This document shows positions 1 through 11,172 of a DNA stretch of 64,000 nucleotides, one piece after another (the stretch's first letter is position 1; each line of letters starts with the position of its first letter). This DNA is from an uncultured Alphaproteobacteria bacterium (GTDB lineage: Bacteria > Pseudomonadota > Alphaproteobacteria > Rhizobiales > Xanthobacteraceae). The notes beneath the pieces are model-generated. The model was not told the DNA's origin, searched no databases, and saw only the letters and a list, made by a program, of their open reading frames with translations. The position numbers were made by a program, and so were the translations under genes. The stretch spans positions 6,388 through 70,387 of the forward strand of contig CAWBRL010000017.1 in assembly GCA_963791165.1 (NCBI GenBank), in the 5' to 3' direction.

Positions 1-2
1 TC

Positions 3-458
3 GGCGCCATCATCCGCACCCGGATTCCCTATGTCGGTTCGGTCGGCGCGCTCGACATGGTCAATTTCGGCGCGCCCGACAGCGTCCCCGAGCGCTACCG
101 CGGCCGGTTGCTTCATCAGCACAATCCGCAAGTCACCTTGATGCGGACGCTGCCCGACGAGAATGCCGCGATCGGCCGCTGGATCGGCGAACGCCTGAAT
201 CTGATGGAAGGCCTGGTGCGCTTCCTGCTGCCGGAGGGTGGGGTCTCGGCCCTCGACGAGGCGGGCAAGCCGTTCTTCGACACCGCGGCGCGCGAGGCGC
301 TGTTTGGCGCGCTGGAGGCGAGCGTGCGGCAGACCGCGTCGCGCCAGCTCGTTCGCGTTCCGCATCATATCAACAGCCCGGCGTTTGCGGCCGCGCTGGC
401 GCAGCATTTTCGCGCGCTGCAAGGCGCACGGCCGCGCGCCCGCGCCGCGGGCCGATAG
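3..458 (+). CDS. Tm-1-like ATP-binding domain protein (UPF0261), 5' end outside window
   Basis: Frame open from nt 3: [15 protein letters not shown]...[10 protein letters not shown]...[11 protein letters not shown]...[10 protein letters not shown], typical of the UPF0261 C-terminus. Confidence 0.85.
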   Translation, partial: GAIIRTRIPYVGSVGALDMVNFGAPDSVPERYRGRLLHQHNPQVTLMRTLPDENAAIGRWIGERLNLMEGLVRFLLPEGGVSALDEAGKPFFDTAAREALFGALEASVRQTASRQLVRVPHHINSPAFAAALAQHFRALQGARPRARAAGR

Positions 459-469
459 GGGATCACAGC

Positions 470-1304
470 ATGGCAGCGATCGATCGGCAGACGCTTCTTA
501 CCAGGTTTCACGACATGATCGCGCGTGGCGAACCGATCGTCGGCGGCGGCGCCGGCACCGGCCTGTCCGCCAAATGCGAGGAAGCCGGCGGTATCGACCT
601 GATCGTGATCTACAATTCCGGCCGCTTCCGGATGGCCGGGCGCGGTTCGCTGTCCGGCCTGATGCCGTATGGCGATGCCAATGCGATCGTGATGGAGATG
701 GCCGCCGAGGTGCTGCCGGTCGTGAAGCAAGACTCCGGTGCTGGCCGGCGTCTGCGCCACCGATCCGTTCCGCAGCATGGAGCGCTTTCTCGACGAGGTG
801 AAAGCCGCGGGGTTCTCCGGCGTACAGAACTTTCCCACGGTCGGACTGATCGACGGCAGCTTCCGCATCGGGCTGGAGGAAACCGGCATGTCCTACGCGC
901 TCGAAGTCGAGATGATCGCGTTGGCCGCCGCCAAGGGCCTGTTGACGACGCCCTATGTGTTCTCGGCCGACGATGCCGCGGCGATGGCGGGCGCGGGGGC
1001 TGACATCATCGTCTGCCATTTCGGGTTGACCGCCGGCGGCGCGATCGGCGCACGGACCGCACTGAAGCTCGAGGATGTTCCGGCCACCCTGGACGCCTGG
1101 GCGGCGACGGCACTCGCGGTGAAACCAGATGCGATCATCCTCGTGCATGGCGGTCCGGTGGCAGAACCTGCAGACGCCGAATTCGTCATCAAGAACTCGC
1201 GGCATTGCCACGGCTTCTACGGCGCTTCCTCGATGGAGCGGCTGCCGGTCGAAGTCGCGATCCGCGAGCAGACCCGGAAATTCAAGGCCATCAGCCGCGG
1301 CTGA
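470..1304 (+). CDS. Phosphoenolpyruvate-hydrolase-like TIM-barrel protein; +1 frameshift near 729
   Basis: [36 protein letters not shown], then PVLAGV...[13 protein letters not shown]...[13 protein letters not shown] in the next frame; removing one C in gtgaagCaagact restores VVKKTPVLAG. Confidence 0.88.
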
Positions 1305-1343
1305 ACGGACCATGCGACAGCACGTTGTAGAGGGAGAACAGAT

Positions 1344-4251
1344 ATGTCAGGCCAGCTGATCGGAGCGCTCATTCTCTGGCTGATTGTCGCGATCATCGTG
1401 ATCGCGATCGTCGTCTATCTGGTGAACTGGTTGTACCGGCGCTCGTCGAAGGAGGCGGCGTTTGTCCGTACCGGTGCTGCCGGCGAAAAAGTGGTGATCG
1501 ATTCCGGCGCTTTCGTGCTGCCGTTCATCCACGACATCACGCCGGTGAACATGAACGTGCTGCAGATGCGGGTGCATCGCGGCCAGGACGACGCCATCAT
1601 TACTCGCGACCGGATGCGGGTCGACATCGACGCCGACTTCTACGTCCGCGTCCGCGCCACCGCCGAGGCGGTTTCGCTCGCGGCCTCGACGCTCGGCCGG
1701 CGCACCATGCAGCCGGAGACGCTGCACGAGCTGTTGTCCGGCAAGTTCGTCTCGGCGATCCGCTCGGTCGCCTCCGAGATGACGATGGAGGACATGCATG
1801 AGCAGCGCGGGGTCTATCTGGCCAAAGTCAAGGAGGCCGCCGCCGAGGCGCTCGCCAAAAACGGGCTCGAACTGGAATCGGTGGCACTGACCAATCTCGA
1901 CCAGACCGACCTGCAATATTTCAACGCCTCGAACCGCTTCGATGCCGAAGGCCTGACCCATCTGATCGAGCAAATCGAAGGCCGGCGCAAGGCGCGCAAC
2001 GATATCGAGCAGGATTCGATGATCAAGATCCGCTCGCGCAATCTCGAAGCGGAGAAGCAGTCGCTCGAGATCGAGCGCGAGAGCGAGCTGGCGCGACTGG
2101 AGCAGCAGCGCGACGTCGAGGTGCGCCGCGCCGTGCAGCGCGCCGAAATCGCCCGCGAGCGTGCGATGCGCGACACCGAGGCCGAGCAGGCCCAGATCAA
2201 CGCGCGCGAGGAAATCGAGAAGTCGCGGATTGGCAATGAGCGCGCCATCAGCGAGGCGCGAATTGCCTCCGAGCGCGACGTCCGTCAGCGCGAGATCGAG
2301 CGCAGCCAGACCGTCGACCAGGCCGAGATCGCCGCGCGCGAGACCGTGGAAAAGGCGCGGATCGCCAACGACCAGTTGATCAAGGAGACCCGCATCGCCG
2401 CCGACCGCGAGATCCGCGAGCGCGAAATCGAGCAGCTGCGGGCGCTGCAGGCCGCCGAAATCGCCGCCCGCGAATCCACCGAGCGCGCCCGGATCGCGCA
2501 GGAAGCGTCCGTCAGCACGGACCGGATCGCCAACGAGCAGCGGATTTCGGGCCTCGACATCGCGAAGCGGCGTTCGATCGAGGAGGCCGACATCGCCGCG
2601 CGGCTCGCCACCGAAACCGCCGAAATCGCCCGCAACAGCGCCATCATCGCCAACCGCTTGGCTGCGGAGGAAAAGCGGCTGGCGCGGGAGATCGTCCGCG
2701 ACCGTACCGTCCAGCAGGAGATCCATCGCCGCAAAGGAACTGGTGGAGTCCGCCCGCATCGTCCAGGAGGAGCGGGTCCGCGCGCTGACCATTACCCGCA
2801 ACCAGGCGATCGATGAGGCCGAGATTGCCGCCCTGCATGCAGTGGAAGCGGCCCGGATCGCCAACGAGAAGGAAATCGCGGCGCATCGCATCCTCGCCGA
2901 GCAGGAAACCCGGTCGCAGGAGATCGCACGAACGAAGGCGCTGGAAGGCGCCGAGATTGCCGCCCGCGAGGCGACCGAGACCGCCCGGATCGCGCAGGAG
3001 CAAGCGGTTGCCACCTCGCGAATCGCCTCCGATCTCGAAATCCGCAACCTCGATATCAATCGCAACAAGGCGATCGAGACCGCCGAGATCAAGAAGCGGG
3101 ATGCGGTCGAGGTCAGCCGCATCGAGGCCGAGCTTGCGATCGACAAGGAGCGGATCGCGGCGTCGAAGAGCCGCGAGGTGCTGCAGATCGATCAGAAGAA
3201 GACCGTCGAGATCGCCGAGGAGGAGCGCGTCATCGCGACCTCTGCGCGGAAGATCGAGCGGGTCGATTCCGACCGTGCCGTGCGCGCAGCCGAGATCAAC
3301 GCGCGCCAGGAGATCGAGAAGGTCGACATCACGCGCGAGCGCGAATTGGAGGTGGCGCGGCTGGAGCGTCGCAAGGCGCTCGAGCAGCTCGATATCGCGC
3401 GCAACCAGGCACTGCAGGAATCCGAAATTGCGGCGCGCGAGGAAATCGAACGCGCGCGGATCGCCTCCGAACGCGGTCTCGACGAGGCCCGTGTCGGCCG
3501 CGACCTCGACCTGCGAAAGCTCGAGGTCGGTCGCGAGCGTGAGGTCGAGAGCGCGGTGATGGACAAGGCGATCGCGATCTTCGAGAAGTCGCTGCTGGAA
3601 TCCGCAGCCCAGGTGAAGGCGGAGATGGCGAAGGCCAAGGCGGTGGAGGCTGAGGAAATCGTCAAGACGGTGCGCGAAAGCGAGAACGCCAAGCGCCGTG
3701 CCACGGTCGAAGTCATGCTGGCAAGGAAGAACGCCGACGAGAAGCGAATCGAGGCCGAGGCCCATGCGATCCGCGCCGCGGTCGACGCCGAAGCGCAGAA
3801 GCTGCTCTACGAGGCCGAGAACGCGCTGACCGACGAGGCCCGCTACGGCCTGTTCCGGCGGCGGCTGCTGGACCGGATCGAGGGTATCGTCCGCGAAAGC
3901 GTCAAGCCGATGGAGAAGATCGAAGGCATCCGTATCCTGCATGTCGACGGGCTGGGCGGCATGGCCGGTAATGGCGGCGGCAGTTCGCGCACGCCGACCG
4001 ATGAGGTGATCGAGTTGGCGCTGCGCTACCGGGTGCAGGCGCCGCTGATCGATCAGGTGCTGAAGGAAATCGGGATCGAGGGTGGCAACCTTGCCAAGAT
4101 GGGCGGGTTGATGCGTGAGGCCAGCGATCTGCAACGGGTGGGTAAGGAAGCCCAGCCCCCGAGGCCGAAGGACGGGCCAGCCGCCACCGAGGCGGGTCCC
4201 GGCGAGCGCAAGCCGCCGGGCCGCGGCGACAAAGGCAAGGGCAGGGAGTAA
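1344..4251 (+). CDS. Extra-long flotillin/SPFH (YqiK-like) membrane protein, ~968 aa; +1 frameshift near 2720
   Basis: N-terminal TM helix, SPFH domain (FVRTG...ITRDRMRVD..ADFYVRV...GLELESVALT..DQT...FDAEGL), long coiled coil, YqiK-like C-terminus (IVRESVKPMEKIEGIRIL...ALRYRVQAPLID); GGGAG RBS. Confidence 0.85.
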
Positions 4252-4255
4252 TCGG

Positions 4256-4693
4256 ATGGCCCGCGTCTACGTATCCAGTGTCATCAATGCGCCGGCGGCC
4301 AAGGTCTGGGCGCGCGTGCGCGACTTCAACGGCCTGCCGAACTGGCATCCCGGCATCGCCGAGAGCCGGATCGAGAACGGCGAGCCGGCCGACAAGGTTG
4401 GCTGCGTCAGGGCGTTCGCGTTGCGCAATGGCGACCGGCTGCGCGAAAAGCTGCTCGGCCTGTCGGACTTCGACATGCTCTGCACTTACTCAATCCTGGA
4501 TTCGCCGATGCCGCTGACCAACTACGTCGCCTCACTGCGACTGACCCCGGTCACAGATCAAGATCGTACCTTCATCGAATGGAGCGCCGATTTCGACTGC
4601 GCGCCGGAACTGGAAGCGGAGCTGGTCAGCGGTGTCGGCGGCAATGTGTTCCAGACCGGGTTCGACGCGCTTAACCGCGCATTCGGAGCCTGA
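4256..4693 (+). CDS. SRPBCC (polyketide cyclase/START-like) family protein
   Basis: VSSVINAPAAKVWARVRDFNGLPNWHP...GCVRAF...LREKLL..SD...YSIL. Confidence 0.85.
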   Translation: MARVYVSSVINAPAAKVWARVRDFNGLPNWHPGIAESRIENGEPADKVGCVRAFALRNGDRLREKLLGLSDFDMLCTYSILDSPMPLTNYVASLRLTPVTDQDRTFIEWSADFDCAPELEAELVSGVGGNVFQTGFDALNRAFGA

Positions 4694-4696
4694 GCG

Positions 4697-5140
4697 ATGC
4701 CGCGAGTGGTTCGCAGCACCATCATCGATGCGCCGGTCGAACGGCTGTGGGCGGTGCTGCGCGACTTCAATGGTCATGAATCCTGGCATCCGATTGTGGC
4801 CAAGAGCACGATCGAGCGCGGTTATCCCTCGGACAAGATCGGCTGCGTCCGCCGCTTCACGATGCAGGACGGCGCCGAATTGCGCGAGCAACTGCTGGCC
4901 CTGTCGGATCTGGAAATGACGTTCAGCTATTGCCTGCTGGAGACGCCGATTCCGCTGTTCAACTACGTCGCCCATGTCCGGCTGCTGCCGGTCACCGACG
5001 GCAATCGCAGCTTCTGGCATTGGGAGGGCCGGTTTACCACGCCGGCCGGGCGCGAGACGGAGCTCGCCGAGCTCGTCGGCAACGAAGTCTATTCAAACGG
5101 GATCGCGGCGGTCCGCCAGTTGCCCGAACTCGCAGATTAG
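4697..5140 (+). CDS. SRPBCC family protein, paralog of upstream gene
   Basis: STIIDAPVERLWAVLRDFNGHESWHP...DKIGCVRRF...LREQLLALSD. Confidence 0.85.
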   Translation: MPRVVRSTIIDAPVERLWAVLRDFNGHESWHPIVAKSTIERGYPSDKIGCVRRFTMQDGAELREQLLALSDLEMTFSYCLLETPIPLFNYVAHVRLLPVTDGNRSFWHWEGRFTTPAGRETELAELVGNEVYSNGIAAVRQLPELAD

Positions 5141-5148
5141 GAAACGCC

Positions 5149-5973
5149 ATGCCCGTCAACGTACGCATCGTGCAGGGACTACAGGAAGCCGCTGGTATCC
5201 TCGCCAGCGATCGCGGCGCACAGTTGCTCGGCGGCGGCACGCTGCTGGTGCGCGCCATCAACGAGGGCACCATGACGGAGGGCACCTTGCTGCGGACGCT
5301 CGATCCGGTGCTGTTGGCGATGAACACCAGCGGTGCGCAGGTCGAACTCGGTGCCGGCGTCACGATGGCGATGGTGCTGGCGAACCGTGACCTGTCCTAT
5401 CTGCACGCACCGGCGCGCGGCATCGGCGGCCCCGCGGTGCGAACCACCGCGACCATCGGCGGCAATCTGTTCGCCGCCACGCCCTATGGCGATTTCACCA
5501 CCGCGCTGCTGGCGCTCGACGCTGTCGTCACGCTGCATGCCGGTTTCGGCGGCGCGCGGGTGATGCCGCTCGAGGAGATGCTGGCGAACCGGGCGCGGGG
5601 AGGGGTGGGGCTGGTCGCCTCGGTTGGCTTCAGCCGCCCGGCCGGCGCTGATGCATTTCGTTTCGTCAAGGTCGCGCGCGTGCGGCCCAAGGGCGTCTCG
5701 GTGCTCTCGATCGCAGCGCATCTGCCGCAGAACGGCGGACGGATCAGCGGCGCGCGGATCGCCTATGGCGCGATGGGGCCGGCGCCGCTGCGCGCCAAGG
5801 CGGTCGAGCGCGTGCTGGAGGGCCGCAGCCTGGACGCAGCCACCATTGCCGCCGCGAAGACCGCGGCGCTCGAGGGTACGCAGCCCGCGACCGATGCGAT
5901 CGCGTCAGAATGGTATCGCCGCGAAGTATTGCCTGTGCATCTCGGCCGGCTGCTTGCCGGCGAGACATCCTGA
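5149..5973 (+). CDS. Molybdenum hydroxylase FAD-binding subunit (XDH/CoxM family)
   Basis: LLGGGTLL, IGGPAVRTTATIGGNL, DFTTALLALDA, TDAIASEWYR motifs. Confidence 0.88.
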   Translation: MPVNVRIVQGLQEAAGILASDRGAQLLGGGTLLVRAINEGTMTEGTLLRTLDPVLLAMNTSGAQVELGAGVTMAMVLANRDLSYLHAPARGIGGPAVRTTATIGGNLFAATPYGDFTTALLALDAVVTLHAGFGGARVMPLEEMLANRARGGVGLVASVGFSRPAGADAFRFVKVARVRPKGVSVLSIAAHLPQNGGRISGARIAYGAMGPAPLRAKAVERVLEGRSLDAATIAAAKTAALEGTQPATDAIASEWYRREVLPVHLGRLLAGETS

Positions 5974-5984
5974 AGGAACGCAGA

Positions 5985-6467
<483 letters not shown>

Positions 6468-6477
6468 GGACACCACG

Positions 6478-8137
6478 ATGCTGGAGTTTCGCAAGGATCT
6501 GTTCGCCGACGAGCGCGACGACAATCTCAACGTGATCGGCAAAGGCGAACAGCGCCAGGACATGCTGGGGCATGTCACAGGCCGCACCCGCTTTTTCGAT
6601 GATCACGGCTTTGACGGCCTGCTGCATCTGAAGGTCGTGCGCTCGCCGCATCATCACGCCCGGATCCGGAGCATCGACGTCTCCGCCGCAGAGCGCGCGC
6701 CAGGCGTGAAACGCGTGATCCGGGGGCAGGACGTCCCGGTCAACAAGAACACGCTGCTCAGCCTGATCGAATTCGGCAAGGACGACGAGCCGACGCTGGC
6801 CGTCGACAAAGTGCGCTACAAAGGGCGAGCCGATCGTCGCCATCATCGCCGACAGCGAGGCGGAAGCCATGGCCGCCGTCAATCTGGTTCGGGTCAGCTA
6901 TGATCCGCTGCCCACGGTGTTCGACGTGCAGGAGGCGCTGAAGCCGGGCGCGGTCGTCGTCAACGAGACCTATCCGGGAAACTATTTCGAGTATCACGAC
7001 AAATACGACCATCAGAAACTGCGCTTCGGCGATGTCGATGCGGCGTTCCGCACGGCGGATCACGTGATCGAGGAGCGCTACCAGATGTCGCCGATCGAGC
7101 ACGCCTCGACCGAGACCAACGGCACCATCGCCGCGCCCGAAACCAACAACCGCTACGTCGTGCATTCCTGCGCGCAAGGCCTGTTCTTCTCGCTAGGTAC
7201 CACCGCCAAGATCCTTGCGCTGGAGTCCAACCGGCTGCATTTCATCGGCGGCACCGTCGGCGGCGGCTTTGGCGGCAAGGTCGATTCGCTAACCGAGCCG
7301 CTGGCGGTGCTCGGCGCGATCCTCACCGGGCGACCGGTCCGCTATGTACTGGGACGCGAGGAGGAGATGCAGTTCGGCTCGCCGCGCGGGGCCGAGCGGC
7401 ACGTCATCAAGGACGGCGTGATGCGAGACGGCCGTATCGTCGCGCGGCAGATCACGTCCTATTTCGATGCCGGCGCCTACACGCGGCTGTCCAGCTACGG
7501 CGTGGTCAAATGTATCGCCCACATGCCGGGGCCTTACACGATCCCGAACGTGCGCGGCGATGCCTATTGCGTTTTCACCAACCGCGTGCCGGCCACTGCG
7601 ATGCGCGGCTTCGGCGTCACTGGCCTCGACTTCTCGATCGAGGTCCAGATGGACAAGCTGGCGCATCTGGTCGGCATCGACCCGATGGAATTCCGCATCC
7701 TCAACGCCTATCGCGACGGCGACATGAAGGCGCATCGCCGTGTCGCCCACAACACCGCGCTGATTGAATGCGTGCAGGTCGTGGCGGAGAAGGTGAACTG
7801 GCCGCTCGGCGAGACGGCGCGTCGCGCCTCGTCGCTGAGCGGCGGTGGCGGCGCGCGCGCGGCGATTCCGCCCACGGTGACCGATGAGAGCGGTCGGATC
7901 GGCCGGCCGGAGACGCGGCAGGCGCCGCCACAACTGACGCCGGGCGCGGCACCGCTGCCGGCTTATCAGCCGCAACCTGCCGTGACCGTCTATCAGCCGC
8001 CGCCGGCGCATCAGCCGGTGGCGCCGCCGCCGAACTTTCCGTCGCCGCGGGCTCCGACGCCCCCGGTTCCAATTCCGCCGGCGGCGCCCCAGCACGGTGC
8101 GGCGCGGTTCTCGTCGGTGTTCACACGGAGACGCTGA
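6478..8137 (+). CDS. Molybdopterin-binding subunit, N-terminal (large) part, with Pro-rich tail; +1 frameshift near 6820
   Basis: RSPHHHARIRSID, VRYKGEPIVA (restored by deleting one A), GGGFGGK, GAY, AMRGFG, DPMEFRILN. Confidence 0.88.
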
Positions 8138-8138
8138 G

Positions 8139-9164
8139 ATGGCACGGCATCAGGGACGCGGAATGGCGTCCATCAACTACCCGATTGGCATGAATCTCGG
8201 CGGTGATCCCAGTCAGGCGCTGGTGCACGCCAATCCGGACGGCAAATTCACCGTGGCGCTGTCGGCGATCGATCTCGGGCAGGGCATGAAGCAGGTGAGC
8301 CGGCAGATCGCGGCAGAGACGCTGGGCGTCCCGATCGAGGACGTCTATGTCGACACCGCCGACAGCGACACCGGTCCGCATGACATGGGCTCGTTCGCCT
8401 CGCGCGGCACGCACCGCGTTGGCAACGCGGTGATCGTCGCGGCGAAGGAGGCGCGGGGCGTGCTGCTGGAGGCCGCTGCCGAGGAACTGGAGGTCAATGC
8501 CGATGACCTCGTCACCGACGGCAAGGGCAATATCCATGTCCGCGGCGCGGTGTCGAAATCGATCACCGTCAAGGCCGCATCGCAGGCGGCGCAGTTCAAG
8601 CAGGGCAAAACGATCTCCGGCCGCGGCATCTTTCTGATCCCGCTGTCCACGGTCAATCCGGAGACTGGCGAGATGTCGCCGGTCACCGCCTATGCCCATG
8701 CCTGCCTCGTCGTCGATCTGGAGGTCTGCGACGAAACCGGTGACGTCAAGGTCAACAAGCTCACCAGCGCCTATGAACTCGGTCGCGCGCTCAATCCGAA
8801 GATGGTCGAGCAGCAACTGGTCGGCGGCGCCTGGATGGGCATGAGCCACGCGCTCTACGAGACGCCGGAGCCGTATTATCCAACCCCCGAATACGGCGGG
8901 CGCGACTACAACGAATATCTGATGCCCGGCCCCGGCGACATCGCACCGCACGACATCACGGTGCTGGAACGACCGGCGCCGGACGGTCCGTTCGGTGCCA
9001 AGGGCCCCGGCGAAATGTGCGCCAATCCGGTGCTGCCGGCGGTCGCCAACGCGATCTACAACGCCATCGGCGTGCGGATCGACACGCTGCCGATTACGCC
9101 GGAAAAGATCCTGCGCGCGCTGAAGGCGCAGGGTGGCGCGCGGCCGCAAGTCCGGCGTGCATAG
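8139..9164 (+). CDS. Molybdopterin-binding subunit, C-terminal (medium) part
   Basis: GRGMASINYPIG, DLGQG, GSFASRGT, GRALNP..VEQQLVGG, GPFGAKGPGE (catalytic Glu), PITPEKIL. Confidence 0.9.
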   Translation: MARHQGRGMASINYPIGMNLGGDPSQALVHANPDGKFTVALSAIDLGQGMKQVSRQIAAETLGVPIEDVYVDTADSDTGPHDMGSFASRGTHRVGNAVIVAAKEARGVLLEAAAEELEVNADDLVTDGKGNIHVRGAVSKSITVKAASQAAQFKQGKTISGRGIFLIPLSTVNPETGEMSPVTAYAHACLVVDLEVCDETGDVKVNKLTSAYELGRALNPKMVEQQLVGGAWMGMSHALYETPEPYYPTPEYGGRDYNEYLMPGPGDIAPHDITVLERPAPDGPFGAKGPGEMCANPVLPAVANAIYNAIGVRIDTLPITPEKILRALKAQGGARPQVRRA

Positions 9165-9175
9165 GGAAAATCGGG

Positions 9176-10057
9176 ATGGCGGTGCGCGGAAGTGTTGGTG
9201 GGATCGATCGGCCGGAGAAACTGGCCGAGGCGTTGCGCGCGGCCTATTACCTAGCCGATGACGGCTTCGCGACAGCCGGCTATCTCGCGCTCGCGCTCGG
9301 CAAGCCGCTGCTGCTGGAAGGTGCGCCGGGTGTCGGCAAGACCGAGGCCGCCAAGGCGATCGCCGGGATCATGGGGCGGCAGCTGATCCGGCTGCAATGC
9401 TACGAGGGCATCGACGCCGCCGCCGCGCTGTACGAGTGGAATTACCCGCGCCAGATGCTGGCGATCCGTCAGGCCGGCGATGAACCGATCGACATCTATC
9501 GCGACGATTTCCTGATCGAGCGGCCGATGCTGGCGGCGCTGCGTCGCCCGGAATCGACCGTGCTGCTGATCGACGAAATCGACCGCTCCGATCCGGAATT
9601 CGAGGCGTTCCTGCTCGAATTCCTGTCAGATTTCTCGATCTCGATCCCGGAGCGCGGCACGCTGCGCGCGCATGAGCGCCCGGTGGTAATCCTGACTTCG
9701 AACCGCACCCGCGATCTGCACGAGGCGCTGCGGCGCCGCTGCGTCTATCACTACATCGCCTATCCGGATCCGGAGCGCGAGGCGCGGATCATCATGATGC
9801 GCTCGTCGGCCGTCGCCGAGGCCACCGCACGCGCGATCGTGACGGCGGTGGGGCGGCTGCGGCAGGAGCCGCTGACCAAGCCGCCCGGCGTCGCCGAAGC
9901 GATCGACTGGGCGGAGGCGGCGACCCTGCTGGCAAAAACCGGCGCACCGTGGCCGGACGCGTTCCGCCGCGCGATCGGCGTGGCGCTGAAGGACGAAGAG
10001 GACCTCGCCTTCATCGCGCCGCGGCTCGACGCCATCATCGCGGAGATCGCGGCATGA
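9176..10057 (+). CDS. MoxR-family AAA+ ATPase (CoxD-like)
   Basis: Walker A LEGAPGVGKT, RLQCYEGID, Walker B LLIDEIDR, TSNRTRDLHEALRRRC. Confidence 0.92.
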   Translation: MAVRGSVGGIDRPEKLAEALRAAYYLADDGFATAGYLALALGKPLLLEGAPGVGKTEAAKAIAGIMGRQLIRLQCYEGIDAAAALYEWNYPRQMLAIRQAGDEPIDIYRDDFLIERPMLAALRRPESTVLLIDEIDRSDPEFEAFLLEFLSDFSISIPERGTLRAHERPVVILTSNRTRDLHEALRRRCVYHYIAYPDPEREARIIMMRSSAVAEATARAIVTAVGRLRQEPLTKPPGVAEAIDWAEAATLLAKTGAPWPDAFRRAIGVALKDEEDLAFIAPRLDAIIAEIAA

Positions 10058-11172
10058 CGGTATCAGCTCTGCCGCGCGCGGCCCGGCCGCTGCTGGATTT
10101 CATCGCGCTGCTGCGCCGCAACAGCTTTTCGGTCGCGCCGGAACAGGGCCTGGCTTTTCTGCGCGCAATCGAACTGCTCGGTCCGCGCGATATCGAGGAC
10201 ATCCGCCGCGCCGGCGTTGCCACGCTGGCGCCGCCGTTCGAGCGGCAGCCCGATTTCGACATGCTATTCGATATGCATTTTCTCGGCCTTGCCGGCGTGC
10301 TGTCGGATCAGGTCGCCGAAAGCGACGAAGAGCTGGAAGTTCAGGACGATGGCGCCGGGTATGACGCGCCGCTGTCGGACGACATCAACGAAACCGGGCA
10401 GGCCGCGACTGCCACCGAGGCGCTTTCGCGGCGCGCACTCCGGTCGGAAGATGACAGCCGGGAACTGGCGCGATTCAGCCGGCACCTGCCGGCCCGGCTG
10501 CCGCGCCGCCGCGGCTATCGGATGCGCTCGGCAAAACGCGGCGGCGGCTTCGACTTGCAGCGCTCGCTGCGAGACTCCATCCGTACCGACGGCGAGGTGA
10601 TCCTGCTGCGCCGCCGCGAACGCCAATTGCGGCCACGCGCCATCCTGCTCCTGATCGACGTGTCGGGCTCGATGAAGGCGCGCTCCGACGCGCATCTGCG
10701 TTTTGCCCATGCGCTGGTCAACGCAGCACCCCGCGTCGAGGTGTTCACGTTCGGCACGCGGCTGACGCGGCTGACCCGTGCGCTGCGGCTGAAGAATCGC
10801 GAGCAGGCGCTTGCCGTCGCAGCCGACCTCGTCGCCGACTGGGATGGCGGCACGCGGATCGGCGATGCGCTGGCCGCCTTTCTCGCAGTGCCGCGCTTCG
10901 CCGGCTATGCTCGCGGCGCGTTGGTGCTGGTGTTGTCCGACGGGCTCGAGCGCGGCGATCCGGCGCAGATGATCCGCGCGGTCAGGCATCTCGCCGCGCG
11001 CGCCTGGCGGATCGACTGGCTGACGCCGCTTGCCGCTGCGGCCGATTATCGCCCGGAGACCGCGGCGCTGCGCGCGGTGCTGCCGATGCTCGACAGCGTC
11101 GCCAATGGCGCGACCACGGAGCGGCTCTGCCGGCACGTTCTCGATCTGTCACGACGGAGGGCTGCACAATGA
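10054..11172 (+). CDS. vWA-domain protein (CoxE-like)
   Basis: MIDAS motif DVSGSM, EVFTFGTRLTRLT, WDGGTRIG, SDGLERGD; ATGA overlap with the MoxR gene. Confidence 0.9.
   Translation: MTVSALPRAARPLLDFIALLRRNSFSVAPEQGLAFLRAIELLGPRDIEDIRRAGVATLAPPFERQPDFDMLFDMHFLGLAGVLSDQVAESDEELEVQDDGAGYDAPLSDDINETGQAATATEALSRRALRSEDDSRELARFSRHLPARLPRRRGYRMRSAKRGGGFDLQRSLRDSIRTDGEVILLRRRERQLRPRAILLLIDVSGSMKARSDAHLRFAHALVNAAPRVEVFTFGTRLTRLTRALRLKNREQALAVAADLVADWDGGTRIGDALAAFLAVPRFAGYARGALVLVLSDGLERGDPAQMIRAVRHLAARAWRIDWLTPLAAAADYRPETAALRAVLPMLDSVANGATTERLCRHVLDLSRRRAAQ

Noticed and set aside
1347-4134. Long antisense ORFs over the flotillin (also over the RND, T1SS and ptsI genes)
   Set aside because: Shadow frames expected from high-GC codon bias; no recognisable motifs or RBS
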